DNA of 64,000 nt from Caecitellus pseudoparvulus (GCA_965644315.1 CBFFRQ010000081.1:186001-250000), one strand, 5' to 3'. Counted from the first letter of the stretch, positions 44,706-56,859 are shown. The notes: generated by a model from the sequence alone, not told the origin. Translations and numbers: made by a program.

Positions 44706-47700
44706 ATGTGGTATTGGCTGCCATGCGTGGTTCTGCAAACTTGTGTCGTTTGGCAAGCATTGCTGGCCAGCTCGCGGGCAGTGCACGCTTCCACTTGCTC
44801 CTCGAGCCGCAGACTGGTCCAGCGTCAGCAAGCAGCCCGCCAGCGGGATGGACCACTCACGCAAGCATGAAGTACAAGCTTCTTTCCCAGGGCATAACAT
44901 CCTGGTACAATGCGTCGGCTGCTTGTGCTGCAGAGGCGCCAGGCGCCACCCTGGCCGTCATCCCTGACAGCTCCACCGCCTCGGCTGTCTCCAGCCTCGT
45001 CGTCAGCAAGGCGTGGGTGGGCCTGACAGACATCCGCACTGGTACGTGCATGCAGAGGCCATGTAGTGTTCTGTGCCAGGCCTGGTTGGAGTCTGGGCTG
45101 GCTGTGCTGCCGCTCAACTGCACTGTGCTCTGTGCTTCGTGCCTGTCGCAGAGGACCGCCCCATGTGGGTTGACGGGACGAGCCCCTCTGGGCGAGGGTA
45201 CAGCAACTACGAGAGCGTGACGCCTGCCCTAGACACAGGCGCCTTCTGGGAGCGCACATCAGGGGAGTTCGAGGGGGACTGCTTCTACATGGACCCCACT
45301 GATTCGGACAGGTGGCACTACGCTCGTGAGTGACGACTGGGGCCGCTTCAGTGCTCCTGCCCCCAGCGATGCTGAAGCGACTTGGCTCACTCCCTGCACT
45401 GCACACTGCTTCACAGGCTGTGGAGATGCCTCTGCTGCATCGGCTGCTTTGTGCCAGGTGACGGTGACGGTGTGGGAGGTGCCAGGCTCGCCTGCCTTGC
45501 CCAAGCCCATCTGGAGCGCGGGAGGTGGCGCAGCAGACTGGTCCGCCGCACAGGCGGCCTGTGCGAGCGAGGGAGGGACACTGTGGACGCCCCACACGTC
45601 TGCGGAGGTGGCATGGGTGCGCACTGCCATGGGCTCAGGCGATCTGTGGACTGGGGCGTGGCGGGTGTCGGGCGACGGTGCGAGCTGGCGCGCTGACAGC
45701 GGCGCAGCACCCTTTGGGCGCAGTCTGTCACCGCCTGCATCGCCGTGGCACTGCCAGCGGTGCATGGGGCTGGTGGATGGGGGCGGGCTGGAGCCCATGC
45801 CTTGTGCTGCGTCCGCCGTGCCTGTGTGTGAGTCTCTGCGGGCGGGGACGGGGGATGTGCACGGCAAGTGTGCCCCTGGCTGGGTGTGGCTGCAGGACCA
45901 GCACATGTGTGCACGGTACGTGGCCAGTGGTGTGGCGTCCATGCAGCGCGCACTGCAGGCGTGCCACAGCGTGGAGGGCATGCTGCCGCCTGCTGACGAG
46001 GCCGGTGCGAGTGGGCTGTTCGGTGCGCTGCTGCGGCTTGGCGTGCTGCCTGCACACGACAGCGGGGCGCCAAAGGCGGTGTGGACGGCGGCAGCTCGAT
46101 TGGGCGGGGATGCAGGCTTTGTTTCATGGCACACTGGTGCCAGTGTGGCCACTGGGAGTCTGACGTTCGATGGCGCCGGGGATGTCGGTGCAGCGTACCT
46201 GCAAGTGTCCGCAGTGGATGGCAGCAGTGTGGAGGCGAGCAATGTGGGGGATGTGCCGGCGGGGGTGGTGTGTTTGCGGCCAGAGTACGAGGGGGAGGGC
46301 GGCATGCTTGCCTGTGCGCAGGGGTGGTGGCCGGTGCTGGGCCAGTGCTGGGCGCTGTCCAGTGACGTGCAGGCTGAGGCGCTGGAGGAGTGGGGGGCAA
46401 CCTTCGCACAGCCGCGGCGAGCCGACTTCTCTGGCTCTCTGGCCGACGCCCGGAAGGTGTGCCAGGCCTGGGGCGGCACAGACCTGGCCAACTTGAACTC
46501 GCCCTATGCAGCCCTGGCCCACCATGCCCTGACCACGGGCCGAGCCGAAGCTTTTGACTCAAGCAGTGCTGTGAATACGACGGCATGGTGGCTGGGTGTG
46601 GAGGATGACGGGGCCCAGTTTGTGTGGTCCAGCAACGGCTCAGCGTTGTCGGACGCACACCACCCAGCGCACTGCCCAGGCAGTTCATGTGGCTACAGCA
46701 GCAGTGGCGGGCTGGCAGCAGTGGCTGACGAGTGGCCTGTGTGGGTGCCGCTGCATGAAGACAGCCCTGCGTCCTTTGTGTGCAGCGTGGAGCCAGGCAA
46801 GGCGTGTGATGGCGTGTGGGCGTTCTGGAGGCAGGGCTGCATTGCCGCGACAGCCTCCGCTGCGAGCTGGAGCGACACGCTGGACGTATGTCTGGCCAAC
46901 GGCGCGACGCTGGCGACACCCACGACCCACGCCATGACTGTGGGGCTGTTGGACTTACTGCCAGCCAGCACAGAGTACTGGGTGGGTGTGGGGGAGGCGA
47001 GTGGGCCTCGCAGTGGTGTGGAGCTGCATGCAGGGCGGCACAGTGTGGAGGGCGTGCCGTTTGCATCTGGACACGTGGGAGATGTGCCTGTGCCAACATC
47101 CGGCCGACAGGGTGTGTTCGACACAGGAAGTGGGGATGTGACGTTGGCTGCCGGGGGCAATCGGAAGGGGCTGTGTTGGAGGCCAGCGGGGGTGGACTGG
47201 GCGGAGCTGCGGCCTGGCCAAGGAATGCTGGAGTACAGCTGTGAAAATGTCAATGACTACAACGTTTCAGGAACTTGTTTCGAGCATGTTGATCTGCTCA
47301 TGCATGTGGGGCCTGCTACACGCAAGTGTTTTGACCTCGGTGGAGCTCTTGCAACGATGAACACAGAAAGCTCATTTCGTGCGTTTGTGAACTTTGTTGT
47401 GTCTGAAGGAGGAATTGGTGCATTTTCACAAGATGACGCCTTGCTTGGACTCGTTCCGAGTGGTCGGGCCACCTCTGATGACCCTCTGACGTACACCTGG
47501 CTGTCTGGTGCAGCACCGTGGGTAGACAAATTCGACACGAACCAGCCAAGGAAAAACAAGGATACTACAGTCGCAGAAATCGGATCTGACCCGGCGAAAA
47601 TCGGACTGTGGGATGTGGAGGAGATCGGCGACAGGAACGGCGTTCTGTGCTCTGCTCCGGTCGTTGACCCATGCCCGGTCGGTTGGACACTCATTTCAAG

Positions 47701-50700
47701 CTGGCAAGGCCATGCAAGCGTTTTGCAAGCCCGGTGTTACAGGGCAGGACTGACACCGACAAACCATGCTTCTGCTTCAGCGACATGCTCGAGCTCAGAC
47801 TGGGGTGGGCACCTGTCCGCGACGTTGTGGAGTCCTCGATCTCTGGCGGAAGTGAGGCTTGTGTTGAACTGGGGTTGGGAACAAGCTGGGAGCACAAACA
47901 CTGACTGGTTCACGTCGCTGACGTTCAACAAGACTGAGGGTTCCGTGCACTACTATCAGCGAGCTGATGGCAGCTTGACAAGGACGGGCTCAAGTGATGC
48001 TGCACATGCTTTCAACACATTTGCGTCTGGTGAGCCAAACTATCCAGGCCTTTCGAGTGGGGAGTGTGTCCGGATGAGTGAGTATGAGCTGAAAGACATA
48101 AGCTGTGCGAATTCCTTCCACTTCTTGTGTGAGATGCCGGTACCAGGTCTGCGATCTGCCACGGACTGGTGGAGTACGCGGCTTGTCGAGCCCCGTGTAG
48201 ACACAGCAGGCATTGTGCCTGGCCCACCAAGTGAAAGCTGTGTTGCGTCGACCAGTCCAACTCCAACTGCAACAGCATCCAGCACGCCCAGCGGCACCGT
48301 GACCAGCACGCCCAGCAGCACCGTGACCAGCACGCCCAGTGGCACCGTGACCAGCATGCCCAGCGGCACTGTGACCAGCACGCCCAGCGGCACCGTGACC
48401 AGCACGCCCAGCGGCACCGTGACCAGCACGCCCAGCGGCACTGTGACCAGCACGCCCAGCGGCACTGTGACCAGCACGCCCAGCGGCACCGTGACCAGCA
48501 CGCCCAGCGGCACCGTGACCAGCACGCCCAGCGGCACCGTGACCAGCACGCCCAGCGGCACCGTGACCAGCACGCCCAGCGGCACCGTGACCAGCACGCC
48601 CAGCGGCACCGTGACCAGCACGCCCAGCGGCACCGTGACCAGCACGCCCAGCAGCACCGTGACCAGCACGCCCAGCGGCACCGTGACCAGCACGCCCAGC
48701 GGCACCGTGACCAGCACGCCCAGCAGCACCGTGACCAGCACGCCCAGCAGCACACCGAGCGCCTCTCAATCACGCTCGCCTTCGCCATCCAGCACCGCCT
48801 CTGCCCGTCCTTCGACCACCGCACTCCCTTCATCCTCCTCTCCCGCCACTCTCACATGGCTGTCTCCTGCCACACCCACACCTGTTCCTGGACTCCCCCC
48901 TCAAACCACACTCCTCCGCTCCAGGTCCACTTCCCAAGGGACTCAAGCAGGCACTGCCCTCAGCAGTGACACCATTGCCCTCAGCCGGACTGGCACAGCT
49001 GCGCCTGCCGTGACAGTGCAGTCCATCGTGTGCCCAGGCTTGGCCAGCCAGACAGCCTTGTGCTCCGCCCCGATTACGTGGGTCAAGGCAGCTGTGCAGG
49101 CCGCGGCACTTGGTGGAGGTGGCGGCACACAGTACTGGGACGTGTCACTGGTCGTCGATGGCGGCGATGGTGTGCCGTCCCCGCCTCAAGACAGCGCTGT
49201 GACAGTGTACGTGGTGGTCGATGTAGTGGCTGCCGGTGTCAGCATGGGCACTGGGGCTGTGCCGTTGACAGTGCGACCAGGCGGCGTGGCAGCGCCCAGC
49301 GCATCCCCGTTGGTGGTGCCCAGTGCATCGTCCAGCCCGGCGCCGACGCCATCAGGGGCTAGCACGCCTTTGCCGAGTCAGTCAGCAGGTGCGCCGCCAC
49401 GGCCCAGTGCATCCCGCTCGCCAGCCCCGCTGCCATACCTGCGGAGCACAGTGAGCGCTGTGCAGGTAGAGGCACAAGCTGGGCCAGCTGTGGCTCCGGT
49501 GACTCGCAGCATCCCTGTGCAGGCCCCTGCACACGTGACGTGGTCTGTGACGGTGGTCGGTCGTGGGGGTGGCGGGGCATGGGTGGGTCTGGCGGCAGTG
49601 ACTGCGCCGATCGGGTCAGGAGATCGGTCTGTGACGGTGGTGCTGTCCCCAAGCGGGCTGGCAGGTGGCACGTACCGAGGCGTGGTGTCGTTGGTGGCAC
49701 TATCATCCTCTGTGCCTGTGCTACCTGGTCGGCGCAGCGTGTCCGATGTGCCGGGCGTGTCAATCCCCATCACGTTGGTGGTGCAGGCGCCTCGGCTGAG
49801 TGTGGTGCCCGCTTCCTTGCACCAGACCCTGGCGCCGAGTGACGTGTCCACCGTGCAGGTGCTGGTGCGGAACACAGGCACAGCGCCGTTGACATGGTCA
49901 GTGAGTCTGCCTGAGGCACAGGCATGGGTGGGCTTGGTGGGGTCTGCGTCTGGTGTGACAGCGTCTGGCGGCGTGAGGGCCGTGACACTGCGCCTGAATG
50001 CGACGGCAGTGCCGCGCACTGGTCTGTACAGGTCGCAGCTGCACGTGTCCAGCAATGACGGGCGGCGTGGCGGTGCCCCCTTGATCATGCCTGTGGTGAT
50101 GCAGGTGACGGTGTTGGCTGTGTTGCCCAGCGAGGTGGGCATGCGGGTGGCTGGACTGGGGTGGGCGAGGCGGGGCGTGTTGTTGGTGAACCTGCTGCCC
50201 ACAGCTGTGCATGCTGAGTTGGAGCTGAGCAGCACAGGGAATAGTGCGTGGCAGGTGGGTGTGCCAGTGGACGGCGGGCTGGAGTTGGGAGCTCGGGGCG
50301 ACTCGGCCGTGGTGTCTGTGGACGCCCGGTACATGTGCGGTGGGGGCGAAGGTGGGGAGCTGCAGTGGGAGACGTTCACAGACTGGGCGTGTGCAGGAGC
50401 TCAGGGGGCGATGCCGCGGCATCTGCCACTTTGACGGTGCTGGGGCGCAGCGTGGCCGATCCCAGCAACCTGGCCGACGAGCAGAGCGTGCCGGTGAACA
50501 TGTCCTTGACGCCTGGCCCGCCTCTGGCGGCGGCATCCAGCGTCTTGCTGCCGTCACGGACTGGGCAGTCACTGGTCATCGCCGCCGATGCCAGTGTGGA
50601 GCGGCGCACACTGTACCTGGGCGTGTCTGATGCAGTGGGCAGGGGCAGTGTGTTGCGCAGCCTGCCTCTTGTGACATGCTTGAGCCAGCCTTGTCCAGTG

Positions 50701-53208
50701 GCGGTGAGCTTGGGGACAGGCCAAGGCGGCATGCTGTCCCTGGAGCTGCGCCCACTCAGTGTGGGCAGTGCTGCACTGCGGGTGCGCCTGGGTGGGTATG
50801 GCGTGCCGGGGCAGGGTGGGGACAGCGTCGTGTCAGTGGTGGTTGTGCCACCAGCTTGTGATGCAAGTCAGCGCCTGGCGCCAGGTGCCATGCGGTGCGA
50901 GTGTGCTGAGGGCTTCCAGACCCCAGCAGAGGGGACTGCGTCAGAGACTGGCCTGGCGTGCGAGGCGTGTGCACCTGGCACGGTGCGAGCTGGGACTGTG
51001 CTGGATGCTCCAGTGTGCCGGCAGTGTGCTGCAGGGACGTACGCTGGTCCAGATGGCCGAGTGTGCATCGAGTGCCCCGAGGAAGGCGCTGTGTGTGCGG
51101 GGGGGCAGCTGGTGCTGCAGGGTGGAGTATGGTGTGAGGAGTGTCTGCCACAGTCAGGTTTCTCTTCGGCTGCGCCGGCGTTGCTGGGCGGGTACCGGTC
51201 GCTGTACGGGTTGAGAGCGGGGGGTCGGGTGTTGGCTGCTGTGGCGGGATCTGGGCCTGGGCGCCCGACCTTGACGTCAGACAGTGCCATGTTGCCTTGT
51301 TCCCCTGCATCGGTGTGCCGCGCCAATGGCTCTGTGGTGCAGTGTGCGGAAGGGCACCGTGGGGCGATGTGTGGGGAGTGTGAGGCAGGGTGGCGGCGGG
51401 CTGGCCCTGACACGCCCTGCACAGCATGCCCGAGAGACGGCAGCGACGTTGCAGTGACAGTGCTGACGATGGTGATTGCGCTGGGGTTTGTGGTGTATCT
51501 GACGTTGAACCGGTCTGGGCAGGGTGTGAGCACGCCCCCTGCTGCGGTGTTCCGTGTCGTGTCGTCGTGGGCCCAGGTGGCAGCCCTGTTGAGTGCAGCG
51601 GGGCTGTCGCCGGCAAAGCCACTGGACGGGGTGCTGTCAGCGTTGGGTGTGGCGGTGAAGGGCTTTTCGACCTCGAGTCCCGCCGTGCAGTGTGGGCTGC
51701 GGTTGGGTTTCTACGAGGAGCTGTACGTGGCGCTGGCGCTGCCGGTGGTGTGTGTGCTGCTGCCTTGGGCCGGGTTGGCAGCGTCCAAGGTGTGGTCTAG
51801 GAAGGCCATCGGTGCCAGCGCCGCGGTAATGCCAGTTGTGCTTGAAGGTCACCCAGGAAGTGACAACACGCCTGAAATGGGCCCTGCGACAGAGACGCTG
51901 GACATCCCGCAACAGCCTGATGCAGCTGGGCTGGAGCCAAAGATTGCTCCGGCGATGAAAACTCGAGGAGGCATCCAACTCGCCCCTCTTTCAGCATCAC
52001 GCATGCAGGCCACGGCAGGAGCTGCTCTTCTCGTTCAACATGAGCGGTTGCAGGACTTGCCGCAAGCGCCCAGCACTTCGCTCTCTTCACCCTCTTCTCG
52101 TGCAGCTGAGCCATACGAGCACTCGATCCTCTCCACCAACCAAAGCTATTGTGCAAGTCCCGATAGTGCGTCGCGGTCACCCAAGCCTCTCCCAACCTCT
52201 TGGCCGGTTCAGAGAAGCCTGGCTACTGGCAGCATGCTACAGGAAGAGGCTCAGACCTCGACCACTGCTGAATCAGTTGCCACACGCTCATCTCTCATTT
52301 CTCTCTTCTTTGTGCACTTTGGTGTAGTCGAAACATTTTCCAGATTCATGCAAATCCTCCCACATCCTGTCTTCAACCTCTCCCTCTTCCGCCACAGCCT
52401 TGGCCACGGCTCCTTCGACGCCACCTACGGACCAGCTCGAGCCCTCGCAGGCCTTGGTCTGGTGTTCGTGGGGCTCGGCGCCCCCATCGGCGCCATGCTC
52501 TTCCTGCGCCTGAACAGGAGACGCCTGCATGTGCGGGCCTTCCAGCACGCTGCAGGCTTCCTGTACGAAGGGTACCGAGTGCAGGCTCGTGGCGCCTGCT
52601 GTGGTGGGTTCTGGTACTGGGAGCTGTTGATCACGCTGCAGAAGGTGCTGCTGTTGGCTTTGGCAGTGACGGTGCAGGCTCGTTTCGCTCGTGCGGCGGC
52701 AGTGTCAGGTGTGCTGTGCATTGGGCTGGTGCTGCACGTGGCGGCACAGCCATACACGTCGAGCTCGTTGAATGTGCTGTCGGTGGCGTCCCAGTCCAGT
52801 TTGTGGGTGGATTCGATGTTGGGGCTGATGGATTTCGAGCTGCGTGGGGAGTCAGGCCAGGAGCGGGCTGTGTCGGTCGTCAGTGTTGCCAGCACAATGC
52901 TTGCGGTGGGCTTCTTGGGTCTGGCGCTGCTGCTTACCCTGCGACTCGCTTTGGCCGGCGTGCTTTCTGCTGCTGAGCTGGCACACGAGTCCATGAAGAT
53001 CAAGGGGAGTCGCGGGCGCAGTAACTGGAGTCTTCTGCAGGAGGTGTGTCTCCGGGCGACTTGTGCCCAGCGGCTTCACCTCATTCGGGCCGGGTTCGGG
53101 CTTACGAGTCGCGACGGGTTGCACCGTCATGTGCGGCGTCGGTCAAGCGTGGTTGACTTAGCCAGCCCCATGCCTCGAAGAACTGATACCAAAACTCGGA
53201 GCAGTTGA
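44706..53208 (+). CDS. Giant surface receptor-like protein copy 1: signal peptide, 7 C-type lectin-like domains, S/T stalk, Ig-like and Cys-rich modules, multi-pass TRP/FLC-like TM region; 1-nt frameshift near 50399
   Basis: CTLD patterns (W..A..AC...GATLA, WVGL, EPN...ECV...FLCE) recur 7 times. Introns 45042-45151 and 45326-45416, plus a first intron ending 44812. CxxCxxG repeats, CAEGHRGAMCGEC, GFLYEGY...YWELLITLQK and QPY...LN motifs. ORFs 45326-50434 and 50248-53208 are joined by comparison with copy 2. Confidence 0.8.
48281..48753 (+). repeat. 24-bp coding minisatellite agcacgcccagcggcaccgtgacc (STPSGTVT) x19 plus a partial unit
   Basis: Directly visible near-perfect tandem array; 48281-48736 = 19 units. 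Confidence 0.97.
48751..51764 (+). repeat. Inverted-repeat block A, left arm (pairs with 60181-63192)
   Basis: Colinear near-identical DNA and protein (TPSASQSRSPSP...LPVVCVLLP) in both lectin genes; lengths 3014 vs 3012 bp. Confidence 0.95.
52387..52880 (+). repeat. Inverted-repeat block B, left arm (pairs with 58825-59318)
   Basis: FRHSLGHGSFDA...ESGQERAVSV is near-identical in both copies; 494 bp each. Confidence 0.95.
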
Positions 53209-53216
53209 CACTGGGC

Positions 53217-55162
53217 TCATGCTTTGGACTGAGAAGCTCGTCGAGGCCGCTTCGGCCGCGAGGCGACTGGTGCTGCAGCAGCGGCTGCGTGGTCACCTTC
53301 TCTGGCACGTTTTGACCTTTCCTGGGGTGCTGCACTGCCCGCTGGGGCAGCGCTGGAGCTTGCTGCGGCCATGCGAGCAATGATTGCCTGCTCAACAAGG
53401 TCATCCGTGCTTTTTTCAGGCATGAGGTACATGTCAGTGCGCGTGTCCTGCAGGCAATCTGCGACAGCGTCCTTGAGTGCGCTGGACACACCGCTTTTCG
53501 CCGCCGCTGCCGCACCCTCTTCAACGAGGACAAATTTCTTCAAGCTGGCTTGGAGGACAGGAGGCGGCAACAAGCTCATGCCTTTAGCTTTCTGCTCGTC
53601 CTCCTTTAGAGTGCCAGTCAGCAGCTCGCCGATGACATCGTGGATGTCTTGCATGCTCTGTGGCTCGAACGGCAGCGCAGCGCCTTCGTCCTCCTGCGCT
53701 GCTCCTTGCCTGTGCCGGCGCACTGAAGCCGCAACTCTCTTGCGATAGAACAGTAGCATGCTGTCAGGGTTCGCGACGTCATCTGTGAAGTCAGCTCCAA
53801 AGCGCTGGTTTCCAAGCGTCGGGAAGCCTGTGTGCTCCACTCTCATGCGGATGAGAGGCTTCCTCATGGAAGGAGGTGGGCGCATTTCCTCAGGGAGAGC
53901 ATCTAGGTTGCTTTGTGCTTGCTTAAGCAGGTTTGAGCCTTGCGCCATGAGGTACGCGCGCAGCTGAGCGGCCAAGTCCGGCGCGTGTGGGTCCACCTGC
54001 GAGCGAGGAGCTTCAGACAAGGCCAGGTCTGCGATGACCAGCGGCCTCACACACCGCAAAGCCAGGGACTCAGTCTTGAACTGCGTCCCTTGGACAGTCA
54101 ATAAAACTGCATGTTTCGCCAGTGCCTCGCCAGGAGACAGGCTGGTTGCCACTGTGGAGCCTGGTTGGCACACGCGGAAGCCTTTCTGCGAAACGCTGGG
54201 CTCTGGTTCTGGCCTTGAATCGTGCTCGTGCCCCCAGAGCACAAGGTCTATAAACCCTGGCAAGGCTGACTCTGGAATGCAGTTCTTCAGGCCACGCCCG
54301 CGGTTGTTGCGGTTCTGGTGCAGGGTCAGAACGTTGAACCACGTGGCATCCGGGGCAGCTCCTCCACCCGCCGCGGCCGTTGCAACCGGCCTTCGGAACA
54401 GTACCTGCTCCTTATGGAACAGGTGATTCAATGCCACGTCTTGCATAGCGCCGATGCCGTACAGGGCCACCCTTGTGCTACCTTTGCGCAGGAGCACAGG
54501 GTACAAGTCAACAGGCGGGGACAGCGCATCCACCTTGCCAAAATAGTTCACGAGGCCCGACAGTGCCAGCAGATCCAGCGCTGCAATGCCCGTCGTCATT
54601 TGGTCCCGGCCAGGTTCGTCGTGGTTGCCGTGGATGGAAAAGACTGGCAAGGCAATGTTCAGGTGTGGGTCCTCCCAATTCGGGCGCCGGAACCCACTGC
54701 CGCCAGCGCACAGAGTGCGACTGTGATCAGACAGTACCTGCATCGCCACAGGCTCATCGCCGAGGCAGTATGTGCGGAGCAGTTGCATGGTTCTGCAGCA
54801 TGCGCGGTCGAGGTGAGGGGCGTCGCGCTCTGAGCATTGCCGGTGCCACGCACTGTGCCAGCGTCTCCTGGCTTGGCCTCTGGTCATGGAACAGATCGCC
54901 ACACAGCAGCAGCATGTCAACTTGGCGATCTCTGGCAAGGCGCAGAACCTCCTCGAAGGCGATGAAGCTGTCCATCCTGCGCTCCTCGTCGCGCTCTTTG
55001 TACCCAAGGTGCACGTCTGTTGCAACCAAAATCCGCAACTCGTTGCTGCGCAAGGCGTTTGAGCAGCGGCTCTGCACGACGGGCTGCACGTCTCGATATG
55101 CGCTCGCCTCACTCTAACTCTTCATGGTCCGTGCTGCCCTCGGGGTGTTCAGGAGCGGCCAT
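53217..55162 (-). CDS. MRE11: Double-strand break repair nuclease MRE11 (3 exons, ~603 aa)
   Basis: RILVATDVHLGY, GDLFHD, PVFSIHGNHD, LHQNR, WGHEHD, QPGSTVATSLSPGE, RFGADF...VANP. Introns 55046-55118 and 54793-54853. Confidence 0.95.
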
Positions 55163-55566
55163 AGTCCAAGAACGGCGACAGACACAGCCTGCCGAGCAGA
55201 GCCGATTTGTGGCCTCCTCAGAGCAACTCTGGCAAATAATAGCACGTTTACCACGAGCTGGCGCAATGCTAAAGCACGGAAACCATTTTTCTGGTTATTG
55301 AATTATTTGTATGCGTCGTAAGATTTGGAGCCAGCTCTGATTGGGTTGCGTTGTCCATTGAAAGCTTGTGAAGTGCGCATCCAGACGGTCACTTGCAGAC
55401 TGAGGCCAGTTCAAGAATCATCCTGCGGGTGTACACAGGACCACAGGCCTTGTGCTGCGTATTCCACTCCTAGGTCGTCCTCTCCATTGCCACTTTCCGT
55501 CCCTCGCAGAGATCAGGGGATTTGCTCTCGTTCGGGTGTTTCAATTTCCGCAGCAAAGCCCGCACC

Positions 55567-56859
55567 ATGAGTTTTTTCGGCTTCGGGGGAGGCTCTAAAG
55601 CGGTAGAGCAGCCTAGTGGGCCACAGGCACCCAAACCAGTGTCAACACTTCATGAACTCGCCCAGACAGGCAGGTACCAGCAGTGGACGAAGCCAGACGG
55701 AGGCACTGTGCACGTGCTCGGTGTTACGCCGTGCTCCTCACTGAGTGCAGCAGAAGTTCGCCTGCTGGCCACCAGCATCAAGCCGGAGGCCGTGTATGTT
55801 GACATGCCCCCCGAGTATGTGAAAGACCTGCAATCTGAGATGTCCAAAACGCCCGACGGCCGCCCGCAGCTGCCAGGGCCCGAGTGGCCTGGCTTCTCCT
55901 TCCGCTGGGATCGGGGCTGGGCTGCAAGCATGACCGAGCACACCCAGCGCCTTCCCCGTGAGCTGGCCGTGCTGGCTGGCCTGGACTACTACGCGCCAGT
56001 TCGGGAGGCACTGCGGTACGTGGGGGCCAACCCCTCCACGCGGCTCATCACATATCCCTTCTCCGTCACACACAAGTATGATGACGCGTACGAGCCGCTG
56101 AGGTCAGTGGTCTCCTTGGAAGTTGACTTGGCCGCGCCGGCGGGGGAGTACTTTGGCACTACGTCCAACACCCTGCGCATCGTGCTGTACCCGAGCATGA
56201 GCAAAACACTCGCCTCCATCAACATCACCTTGCCCCCAGGAGAGTACTTCAACACGGACCAGCTGCGAGCTCTGCGTGCCGAGGCCCAGGCCACTGTGGA
56301 CGCAGCTGCAGCTGGCGTGCGTCCAGAGGAGTGGGACGGAACAACGCAGCTCATTGATGCGCTTCGCGAGATGCATGGACCCGACTTCAACCCAGCCAAC
56401 CCTCCAGACATGGCCTCCACAGTCCTCGTGAATTCTCTTGAGTACCACGTCAAGCAAGCACGCAGCGTCGCATTTGCAGTGCAAAGCGACCCAGGCCAGC
56501 ACGTCATGGCCGTGGTGGATGCTGCACGTGTCGCCTCGTACGGCGCAGAGTGGGAGGCGGCCACAGCGCCGGAGGCACTGTTTCCCGACCGCAAGTTCAC
56601 GACGCTGGCTGTCAAGTGGGGCTTGATCACGACGGTTATGGGGGGCGCAGGTGCACTGTACTGGAGAGCTGCCCGTTCGTGGCCCAAGACTGCTGTTGCT
56701 GCAACTGCACTCGCTGGAGTGTGGGGCGCGGGTGTGTACTGGGAAACCATGAACCAAGTCCCTATGGTGTGTGGCTCTAAGGTGCGACACGCACTTGCCC
56801 GACCAGTACAGCCAATTGGAGCCCACATCAAGCTTGACGGCAATGCCGGTGGCAAGTAA
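55567..56859 (+). CDS. Divergent TraB/PrgY (TRABD)-like protein with two C-terminal hydrophobic helices
   Basis: VHVLGVTPCSSLSAAEVRLLATSIKPEAVYVDM resembles the TraB N-terminal motif; HVMAVVDAARV resembles VVAVVGAGHV; C-terminal TM-like segments. Intronless 430-aa ORF. Confidence 0.55.
   Translation: MSFFGFGGGSKAVEQPSGPQAPKPVSTLHELAQTGRYQQWTKPDGGTVHVLGVTPCSSLSAAEVRLLATSIKPEAVYVDMPPEYVKDLQSEMSKTPDGRPQLPGPEWPGFSFRWDRGWAASMTEHTQRLPRELAVLAGLDYYAPVREALRYVGANPSTRLITYPFSVTHKYDDAYEPLRSVVSLEVDLAAPAGEYFGTTSNTLRIVLYPSMSKTLASINITLPPGEYFNTDQLRALRAEAQATVDAAAAGVRPEEWDGTTQLIDALREMHGPDFNPANPPDMASTVLVNSLEYHVKQARSVAFAVQSDPGQHVMAVVDAARVASYGAEWEAATAPEALFPDRKFTTLAVKWGLITTVMGGAGALYWRAARSWPKTAVAATALAGVWGAGVYWETMNQVPMVCGSKVRHALARPVQPIGAHIKLDGNAGGK

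Noticed and set aside
48281-48753. Regular short repeats as a CRISPR array
   Set aside because: No unique spacers; it is an in-frame coding minisatellite in a eukaryotic gene.
47990-48833. Minus-strand ORFs with WACWSRCR / GAAGRAGH repeats
   Set aside because: Shadow frames of the 24-bp minisatellite.
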